Shown: piece after piece, positions 9,731 through 17,102 of the stretch | Numbering within the stretch: position 1 is the first letter of the stretch | Layout: each line of letters starts with the position of its first letter | From: Elusimicrobiota bacterium | Lineage (GTDB): Bacteria > Elusimicrobiota > Elusimicrobia > UBA1565 | NCBI GenBank assembly: GCA_043827405.1 | Contig: JBDRPD010000034.1 | Span: forward strand, 40,175-104,174 | Length of the DNA: 64,000 nucleotides | Direction of reading: 5' to 3' | Notes under the pieces: generated by a model | What the model saw: the letters and a program-made list of their open reading frames with translations, nothing else | Database searches by the model: none | What the model was told of the DNA's origin: nothing | Made by a program: the position numbers and the translations under genes

Positions 9731-11487
9731 TGTTTGATGTGCGCGGCAAAGAGTCCTATGCGCTGATTATTGTTTTGGGGCTGCTGCTGGGGCTCAGCGG
9801 AATCCGCTGGGGCATTCCGGAAGACGGCCGCCTGCGGCGCATTCTGCCGCCCGGCCTGCACGGACCGCAATTCCATGCGGAACTGATCTCGGCCTGGGAG
9901 GACATCCACCGGCGCTTGGGGCCGAACCTAATGCTTAATCCGGAATCCTTCGCCACCTTTTCGCAGGTGCAGGACGCCCCGGCCGGCTGGCAAAAGCCGC
10001 CGCGGTTTCTGTATAACGCCGTGCGCTCGTTCCATGTGCGCTCCGTTCACGACGACGAGCAGTCCGTCTTTCTGGCGCTTTCCAAGATGCGCCCGCGCCG
10101 CCTGGACTTCAACCCCCACTTCTTTACCTACGGCGGAGTTTACATTTACGGAGTCGGCGCCTGGCTGGGCGTCGGAGCGCTGCTGGGCGCGGTGGACCTG
10201 CACTCTTCGCTGCTGCCGTACCTCAACGAGCCCGTAAAGATGGGCGGGATGTACTTCTGGGGACGGCTGCTGTCGGTTGGGGCCTATATCGGCTGCGGCC
10301 TGATGCTCTTCGCGCTCGGGCGGACCTTTTTGCGCCGCCGGGCGGCGCTGCTGGCGGCGGTGCTGTTTATGCTTTCGCCGGCGGTCGTCGTCCAGGCGCA
10401 TACGATGAAGCAGCATTCGCTGTGGACCTTCCTTTCCTTCGCGACGCTGTATCTCTGCCTGCGGGTTCGCGAGCGCGGCGGGTGGCGGGAGTATCTGGCC
10501 GCCGGCGCGGTGGCGGGGCTGACCGTGGGGGCGGCGCTTAACGCCTGGCCGACCTGCCTCTATATCGCCGCCGCCGCCCTGCTGCGGACGCGCGAGAAGC
10601 CGGCGCGGTGGCGGACGGAGCTGCTGCGTCTCGCCGCCGCCGCCGCCGCGAGCGTCGCGGTGTTCTTCGCGACCAACCCCTACTGGCTGCTGGATTATGC
10701 CCACGCGTATCAGGAGTTCGTGGTGCTGACAGGCTATACTACGGCGAACCTTCTGAGTCCGGTGCGGATATTCACCGGCAGCTTCCGCCACGCCGTGACG
10801 ACGCCGGTTTTCCTCCTGATCTGCGCGGGGATCGCCTGGGCGCTGACCTCCGGGCGGCGCAATCAGGGCGCGCTGCTGTGTCTGTGCGCGTTTTTCGTCA
10901 TGCTGGCGGCCTCGGTTACCTCGCAGCTCACGGTCGGGATGCGGCAGATCCGCTACTTCCTGCCCATTGTGGGGACGGGCGCGCTGCTGGCGGCCGGCTG
11001 TGCCGATGACCTGCTGCTGCGGTTTCCCCGCTGGCGCCGGACCGCGGTCGCGGGGCTGGCGCTCGTCGTCGCCAATGTGGGAATGGCCGGCGCGCTCTAC
11101 GCCTTAAACTTTCAGCGTACGTCGGCGCCGGGCTCGAACCATTACCGGGCCGGCGACTGGATCGCCGCGCAGGTGCCGGCAGGCGCCGTCATCGGCATGC
11201 TGCGCGATCCCGCGCCGTCCAACAGCGCCTACTTCCCGCTGTATCGCTACGGAATCCGGCTTATTCCGCCGGAGCTCTTCGGGACGCTCGAGCCCGAGCG
11301 CCTGCCGGACTATCTTGTACTGTCGGTGCCGGACTACGGACAGCGGGAGTCGCTCGAACCGAATTTGTCGCGCGAGTTTGAGCCGGCCGCCGAGTTCCTG
11401 CGTCCCCGGCTGGCGTGGAGCGAAATCCAGCTGAGCGCCACCACGGCCAACCCCCCGATCATGGTGTACCGGAGGAAAGCTAAATGA
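9730..11487 (+). CDS. PMT/ArnT-like GT-C membrane glycosyltransferase
   Basis: Multi-TM; acidic 'HDDE' after TM1, 'FNPHFFTYGG', 'FFATNPYWLLD', 'RYFLP'; TAATG coupling to upstream GT2. Confidence 0.75.
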   Translation: MFDVRGKESYALIIVLGLLLGLSGIRWGIPEDGRLRRILPPGLHGPQFHAELISAWEDIHRRLGPNLMLNPESFATFSQVQDAPAGWQKPPRFLYNAVRSFHVRSVHDDEQSVFLALSKMRPRRLDFNPHFFTYGGVYIYGVGAWLGVGALLGAVDLHSSLLPYLNEPVKMGGMYFWGRLLSVGAYIGCGLMLFALGRTFLRRRAALLAAVLFMLSPAVVVQAHTMKQHSLWTFLSFATLYLCLRVRERGGWREYLAAGAVAGLTVGAALNAWPTCLYIAAAALLRTREKPARWRTELLRLAAAAAASVAVFFATNPYWLLDYAHAYQEFVVLTGYTTANLLSPVRIFTGSFRHAVTTPVFLLICAGIAWALTSGRRNQGALLCLCAFFVMLAASVTSQLTVGMRQIRYFLPIVGTGALLAAGCADDLLLRFPRWRRTAVAGLALVVANVGMAGALYALNFQRTSAPGSNHYRAGDWIAAQVPAGAVIGMLRDPAPSNSAYFPLYRYGIRLIPPELFGTLEPERLPDYLVLSVPDYGQRESLEPNLSREFEPAAEFLRPRLAWSEIQLSATTANPPIMVYRRKAK

Positions 11488-12701
11488 TTTTTTCGATCGT
11501 CATCCCGGCCTACAACGAGGAGGGCTCGGTGCAGGAGATCCTCCGCCGCAGCCTCGCGGCGGGCGGACATCTGGTGGCGGCGGGCGCCGGCGTGACGGAG
11601 GTCGAAGTGATCCTGGTGAGTGACGGGTCGAGCGACCGCACCGAAGAGCTGGCGCGCGGCATTGCGGGGGTGAAGGTGATCGCCTATCCCCATAATCGCG
11701 GCTACGGCGCGGCGATCAAGACGGGTTTTGCGGCCGCGCGCGGCGAGTGGCTGAGCTTTCTGGACGCGGACGGCACCTGCGATCCCGAGTTTTTTCACGA
11801 GCTCCTCGCGGCGGCGCGCGAGGAAGGGCTCGATGTGGTGCTGGGTTCGCGGATGCATCCCGGCAGCAAGATGCCTCCCGTGAGGGTGCTGGGCAACTGG
11901 ATATTCCGCACCATCGTCAATCTCATCGGCGAGTCGGACGTTACGGATACCGCCAGCGGCATGCGCATCCTGCGCCGCAGCGCGCTCGACCGCCTGGCGC
12001 CGCTGCCGGACGGGCTGCATTTTACGCCGGCGATGAGCGTGCGGGCGATCCTCGATCCCGAGCTCAAGATCGGCGAACGGCCGATGCCGTACGAGGAGCG
12101 GGTCGGGCGCTCGAAGCTGAGCGTGCTGCGGGACGGAGTGCGCTTCCTGCGCGTTATCCTGGAGACGGCGCTGACCTACCGCCCGCTCAAGTTCTTCGGC
12201 TGGGCGGCGGCGGCGCTGGCCCTGCCGGCGGTCCTGCTGCTGCTGCTGCGCCTCGGCGGCCCCACCGAGGCGCCGGTTCCGTTCTATATCAGCCGCGGGC
12301 GTATCGAGGACTGGATGTTTTTCCGCCTGATTCTGACGTCGGTCCTCTTCGCTTCATCGGTCTTTCTTCTGTCGTTGGGCCTGGTCGCGCAGTCGCTGGT
12401 CGGCATCATCAACCATGAGAAAGCCGCGCCGGACGGCTGGCCGCGGGCGGTGACGGATCGCTTCGCTTTATGGGGGGCGCTTAGCTTGGCCGCCGCGCTC
12501 GTCATCAACAAGCGCCCGCTGCTGTCGTACTGGCGAACGGGAGAAATCCCGGCCGAGTTCTGGGTCTTCCCCGTCGCCGGGGCGCTGTTCGTTCTGATCG
12601 GACTGCAGCTGCTGGCGTTCTATGTCGTCGCCGGTCTCTCGCGGCTGCTGTGGGAGCGTGAGCGTTATCGACGGCCCTCCGCGGGGGAGGACTCGCAGTG
12701 A
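11484..12701 (+). CDS. GT2 (DPM/DPG synthase-like) with C-terminal TM domain
   Basis: 'VIPAYNEE', 'DGSSDRT', 'NRGYGAA', 'DADG', 'ERVGRSKL', four C-terminal hydrophobic segments. Confidence 0.85.
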   Translation: MIFSIVIPAYNEEGSVQEILRRSLAAGGHLVAAGAGVTEVEVILVSDGSSDRTEELARGIAGVKVIAYPHNRGYGAAIKTGFAAARGEWLSFLDADGTCDPEFFHELLAAAREEGLDVVLGSRMHPGSKMPPVRVLGNWIFRTIVNLIGESDVTDTASGMRILRRSALDRLAPLPDGLHFTPAMSVRAILDPELKIGERPMPYEERVGRSKLSVLRDGVRFLRVILETALTYRPLKFFGWAAAALALPAVLLLLLRLGGPTEAPVPFYISRGRIEDWMFFRLILTSVLFASSVFLLSLGLVAQSLVGIINHEKAAPDGWPRAVTDRFALWGALSLAAALVINKRPLLSYWRTGEIPAEFWVFPVAGALFVLIGLQLLAFYVVAGLSRLLWERERYRRPSAGEDSQ

Positions 12702-13972
12702 CCGAAAGGCGCGCCCTGATTATTATCCTGGCCGCCGCCTTCTTCGTCCGTGTTTTGTACTGCTGGGGCTTCGGTCCTTATGAGCCCGGCGGGGACATCC
12801 CGAGCTACGACCATTATCAAAATCTGGCGCACAGCTTGTATACGACCGGATCCCTGAGGCTGGACGGCGACTTGAGCGCCTTCCGCGAGCCGGCCTATCC
12901 GATGTTCCTCGCCGCGCTGTATCGTGTCGCGGGCGAGAGCTTCCCGGTGCTGTGGATCGCGCAGTCCTTGGTCGACGTTTTGACCGTCTGGCTGGTATTC
13001 CTGCTGGGACGGCGCATCTTCAGCCGCAATGTCGCCTGGGCCGCTGCGGTCTTCGCGGCGTTTTATCCGCAGATGATCTACTATGCGGCCGAGCCGCGGC
13101 GGGAGAGCTTTCTGGTCTGCGCGCTCGCCCTGGCGATGTGGGCCACCATCACCGCCGGAGAAAAACCGAAGGACGCCCGCTTCCTGGTGGCGGGCCTGCT
13201 GTGGGCGGTTCCGCCGCTGACCAAGTCGGTCTACCTGCCGGTCGGGGTGCTCGCGGCGGTTGTCGTCTGGCTGCTGGGGCGGCGGCGCGAACAGGACCTG
13301 CGGCGGGGAGCGGCGGTATTCCTCGCGGCTTTTCTCGGCGTCTATGCGCTGTGGCCGCTGCGCAACTACCTGGTATTCGGCCAGTTTATCCCCGGGATTA
13401 CGGGCGGCGGGGGGCATCTCTACGTCGGCCTCATCGTTCCCGACAAGGATGCCGGGACGTCCGCCGAGGAAAAGTATATCCTCAACGCCGAGGGCATGAA
13501 GTCGGCGGCCCGGTTGGGCCGCGAGGGCAAGCTCAACGTCGCGGAGCATAATGAAAATCTTGACCGGCACTTCTACCGCGAGTCGGCGCACTGGATCATG
13601 AAAAATCCCGGGCGGTTCACTCTGCGCTTGATTCTGAGCGCGCTCAAGCTGTGGCGCTTGTACCCGTATGAGCGGGATTACGGAAGGAACTACCGCCTGC
13701 TTAAATGGGTCAGTCTGCTTTCCGACGGCTGGCTGATTCCGTTGGCGCTGGCCGGCATGCTGTTGGCCGGCCGCAAGTTTCCGCCAGCCGATCTCTTTCT
13801 GGTCACGCTGTTGGCGGCGACATTTGTCTATATGATATTCTGGGCCGTTATTCGTTACCGGCTGCCTCTTATGCCTTATATATTCCTCTACGCTGCGTAC
13901 GCGCTGGAGCGCGCGGTTCTCCGGGTTCGGCCCGGAGCCCTGCCGTTTCCCGCATCCAAGGAGGCTGCATGA
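12698..13972 (+). CDS. PMT/ArnT-like GT-C membrane glycosyltransferase
   Basis: 'D..SYD.Y..LA', 'REPAYPMFLA', multi-TM, C-terminal 'RYRLPLMP'. Confidence 0.8.
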   Translation: MTERRALIIILAAAFFVRVLYCWGFGPYEPGGDIPSYDHYQNLAHSLYTTGSLRLDGDLSAFREPAYPMFLAALYRVAGESFPVLWIAQSLVDVLTVWLVFLLGRRIFSRNVAWAAAVFAAFYPQMIYYAAEPRRESFLVCALALAMWATITAGEKPKDARFLVAGLLWAVPPLTKSVYLPVGVLAAVVVWLLGRRREQDLRRGAAVFLAAFLGVYALWPLRNYLVFGQFIPGITGGGGHLYVGLIVPDKDAGTSAEEKYILNAEGMKSAARLGREGKLNVAEHNENLDRHFYRESAHWIMKNPGRFTLRLILSALKLWRLYPYERDYGRNYRLLKWVSLLSDGWLIPLALAGMLLAGRKFPPADLFLVTLLAATFVYMIFWAVIRYRLPLMPYIFLYAAYALERAVLRVRPGALPFPASKEAA

Positions 13973-14970
13973 GTTTTTGGGACGGCAAGAAGGTCCTGGT
14001 CACCGGGGGCGGCGGTTTTATCGGCAGCCATACCGCCGAAATGCTGCTGACGGCGGGACAAGACGTCAAGGTCACGGTGGCCGATGATTTTTCGCGGGGG
14101 CTGCGTGAGAATCTCGCCGACATCAAGGACCGCATCCGTATCGAGCGGGCGCAGCTGCAGGATATGGCGGACTGCCGGCGCGTATGCCGGGGGCAGGACG
14201 TCGTGATCAACCTGGCGGCCAAAGTCGGCGGAGTGGGCTACAACGCGGTGCACCCGGCGACCATGTTCCGGGAGAATGTGCGGCTGAGCACCTATATGAT
14301 GCAGGCCGCGCAGGAAGCCGCCGTGGAGCGGTTCGCGGTGATCAGTTCGGCCTGCGTATACCGTCGTCACTGTACGATCCCGACACCCGAGACGGAGGGC
14401 TTTGCGGGGTGGCCGGAGTTTACCAACGAAGGCTACGGCTGGGCCAAGCGCATGGCGGAGTTCGAGGCGGAGGCGATCCATAAGGAGTTCGGCATGAAGG
14501 CGGCGATCCTGCGGCCCTACAACTGCTACGGCCCGCGGGATCATTTCGACCCCAAAACTTCGCATGTTATCGCGGCGCTCATCCAGCGGGTGCTGGGCGG
14601 AGAGAACCCCGTGCGCGTCTGGGGCGACGGCTCGCAAACGCGGGCGTTTCTTTACGTTGAGGATTTCGCCCGCGGCGTGCTGGAGGTGACCGAGCGTTAC
14701 GCGGAATGCGATCCGATAAACCTCGGCGCCGACGAGGAGGTCCCGATCCGCGACCTGATCGATATGATCATCGAGCTGACCGGCTCGCGGGCCGCGGTGG
14801 AATTTGACACCACCAAGCCGGCGGGCCAGCCCCGCCGCAACTGCGATACTAAAAAGGCGCGCGAGAAGACGGGCTTTACCGCGCAGGTGAGCCTCAAAGA
14901 GGGGCTGCGGCGGACCATCGAATGGTACAAGAAAACCCATGAAACGAAGCTTGATTCTGCTGACGTATAA
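13969..14970 (+). CDS. NAD-dependent nucleotide-sugar epimerase (GDP-mannose-3,5-epimerase/GDP-fucose-synthase-like)
   Basis: 'TGGGGFIG', 'SSACVY', YxxxK 'YGWAK', 'NCYGP', 'WGDGSQTRAF'. Confidence 0.85.
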   Translation: MSFWDGKKVLVTGGGGFIGSHTAEMLLTAGQDVKVTVADDFSRGLRENLADIKDRIRIERAQLQDMADCRRVCRGQDVVINLAAKVGGVGYNAVHPATMFRENVRLSTYMMQAAQEAAVERFAVISSACVYRRHCTIPTPETEGFAGWPEFTNEGYGWAKRMAEFEAEAIHKEFGMKAAILRPYNCYGPRDHFDPKTSHVIAALIQRVLGGENPVRVWGDGSQTRAFLYVEDFARGVLEVTERYAECDPINLGADEEVPIRDLIDMIIELTGSRAAVEFDTTKPAGQPRRNCDTKKAREKTGFTAQVSLKEGLRRTIEWYKKTHETKLDSADV

Positions 14971-15628
14971 CGAGATAGAAGCCGCGCCGAAGGTCCTGGA
15001 GAACGTTCCGCTCGACTGCGCCGACGAGGTCATCGCGGTCGACGGCGGATCACAGGACGGAACCATCGACTTTTTGCGGTCCAAGGGGCTGCGCGTGGCG
15101 GTGCAGGAGAAGCGCGGCCGCGGCATCGCCTTCCAGGTCGGGATGGAGGAGTCGCAGGGCGACCACGTCGTCTACTTCAGCCTCGACGGCAACGAGGACC
15201 CCGACGATATCCCGAAGCTCTTCGCGGTGCTGGAGGAGGGCGCCGATATCGCGATCGCTTCGCGCATGATGCGCGGCGCCTTTAACGAGGAGGATGTCCA
15301 GTGGATCCGCCTGCGCAAGTGGGTCAACCACCTATTCTCCAATATCGCCAATATCCTATGGAATCGCGGCTGCTATGTCACCGACACGATTAACGGTTTT
15401 CGCGGCATCACTCGCAAGGCATTCGCCGCCGCCTGCCCGGACGCCGACGGTTTCGTTATTGAGTATCAGATGTCGATTCGGGCGATGAAAAAAGGGATGA
15501 AGATCGTCGAGATCCCCACCCATGAAGGCCAGCGCCTCGGCGGCGAAAGCACGGCCAAGTCATTTCCCACCGGGGTGATCTTTATTAAGCAGCTGCTTAA
15601 GGAAATCCGGTTAGGCCGCGCGTTCTGA
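14939..15628 (+). CDS. GT2 (DPM synthase-like)
   Basis: 'TYNE', 'VDGGSQDGT', 'DGNEDP', 'ASR', 'TDTINGFR'. Confidence 0.85.
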   Translation: MKRSLILLTYNEIEAAPKVLENVPLDCADEVIAVDGGSQDGTIDFLRSKGLRVAVQEKRGRGIAFQVGMEESQGDHVVYFSLDGNEDPDDIPKLFAVLEEGADIAIASRMMRGAFNEEDVQWIRLRKWVNHLFSNIANILWNRGCYVTDTINGFRGITRKAFAAACPDADGFVIEYQMSIRAMKKGMKIVEIPTHEGQRLGGESTAKSFPTGVIFIKQLLKEIRLGRAF

Positions 15629-15642
15629 GCGGCGTTCTGCCT

Positions 15643-16338
15643 TTATATATTGAAGGTCTCGAAGCCCGTGAGCATCTTCACGTCGGCTCCCGTGTGCTCG
15701 GCAGCTATCTTCTTTAGGAATTCGGCGGCGGCCGTCTCCCGCTCCAGCTCGACCGAGTAGGTGAGGATCAGCCGGCCGCCGAGCACCTCCGAGCTTAGCA
15801 GGGAGCAATGGCCCCCGGCGAGCCGCCGCAGCGTTCGCTCTAGTTCGGAAGTGCGGTCGGAATCATCCGGCAGCGCGACGCGCACCAGCCGTTCCTCGCG
15901 GCGGATGGTGCCGAACTGAATGCGGTCGAGAAGAAGGACCATGCCGGAAGCCATGCCGGTGAAAATGATCGCAAACCAGTATAGTCGCACTCCGCAGGCC
16001 ATGCCGACGGCCATCGATAGGAAGATGAAGGCCGTATCGCGCGACTCGCGCACTGCGTTTCGGTAGCGGATGATCGACAGTGCGCCGACTAGGCTGAAGG
16101 CGCGCGCCAGGTTGCTGCCGATGATCAGCATGATGAACGAGATGGTCACGGCCATTAGAATCATGGTGACGCTGAATGAGCGCGAGTAGGATACGCCGGA
16201 GTGGGTCCGGCGATAGACCAGGCCGACGACCATCGCTAACGCGAAGCTCAGCAGGAGGCTTATCACGAACTCAAGAGAGGTGAAGCCGGCGCCGTTTTCT
16301 GCAGACCGCACGGCGAGCTGTTTGAGGAATTCATCCAT
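15643..16338 (-). CDS. DUF4956 membrane protein
   Basis: 'YSRSF', 'IIGSNLARAFSLVGALSIIRYRNAVRE.RD..FIF.SMAVGMACG' signature, C-terminal soluble domain. Confidence 0.88.
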   Translation of the reverse strand: MDEFLKQLAVRSAENGAGFTSLEFVISLLLSFALAMVVGLVYRRTHSGVSYSRSFSVTMILMAVTISFIMLIIGSNLARAFSLVGALSIIRYRNAVRESRDTAFIFLSMAVGMACGVRLYWFAIIFTGMASGMVLLLDRIQFGTIRREERLVRVALPDDSDRTSELERTLRRLAGGHCSLLSSEVLGGRLILTYSVELERETAAAEFLKKIAAEHTGADVKMLTGFETFNI

Positions 16339-17047
16339 GACGTGCCAGCTCCGGAACTAGGGGCGCGTGGCGCCGAAAGCGCTCGACGCCGCCCCCGTAT
16401 TTTGAGTAGGCGCGCGCGAAAAGCTCGAGGTCGGCGACCGTCTGGGAAAGCCATGTGGGTATCCGGTGATCGAACTTGAGTTCGAGCACGTGCAGCCCCG
16501 GCGGCAGGACGCGCAGGTCGTCGATTCCGACCGGCCGCGAAAAAAGATCCGGTCCGCCGCAGCGGACGTTTTCGTCGAGCGTGACGCGCAGGCTCGAGCC
16601 GAGAAGGTCGACAAGGGCGATGCGGTCATAGGTCACGGTGAGGATCGGAAGGTGGGGGCGGCGCGCGATTTCCGCAGTCGCGGCGCCCAGCGCTCGCCCC
16701 AGGGCGCTGGCGAAAGGATCGTGCACCAGGTCGAGGGCCTCCGGCAGTGAAGCGGGAGCGCGCGTCTTCTCGACGCTGCGGTAACGGCGTGTTTTTACCT
16801 CGAAGAAGCCGCGCTCTCCCGCGGCGTCGTAGCCGCGCAGGCGGAGCTTTCGCTTGATGCAGTGGCCGTCGACAATGTCGCGGTAGTGCCGCAGGTCGGC
16901 GGTGTCGAAGTACAGCGAGCGGACGCGATAGTGCCGGCGGCCCTCGAGGTGGGGGTCGTGCCGCATCCAGCGTGACGCCCGGGCTAGAAAGGCCTGCGCC
17001 GTCCGGCGGTGGATCACGTATTTGATCTCGTAGCGGTTGCGCGCCAT
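16331..17047 (-). CDS. VTC-domain (TTM fold) polyphosphate polymerase-like protein
   Basis: 'RYEIKY', 'RSLYFDT', 'KRKLRLRGY', 'FFEVK', 'YDR.A', 'RVTLD', 'VLELKF', 'YSKY'; start placed at MARNRYE. Confidence 0.88.
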   Translation of the reverse strand: MARNRYEIKYVIHRRTAQAFLARASRWMRHDPHLEGRRHYRVRSLYFDTADLRHYRDIVDGHCIKRKLRLRGYDAAGERGFFEVKTRRYRSVEKTRAPASLPEALDLVHDPFASALGRALGAATAEIARRPHLPILTVTYDRIALVDLLGSSLRVTLDENVRCGGPDLFSRPVGIDDLRVLPPGLHVLELKFDHRIPTWLSQTVADLELFARAYSKYGGGVERFRRHAPLVPELARHG

Positions 17048-17102
17048 GCGGTAAGCTCTTGATCCGGCCATATCATACTCATTATCGGAGCCATTTGATA
17101 AA

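Noticed and set aside
10633..10650. GCC/GCG triplet runs as phase-variable repeats
   Set aside because: In-frame poly-Ala codons common in GC-rich genes
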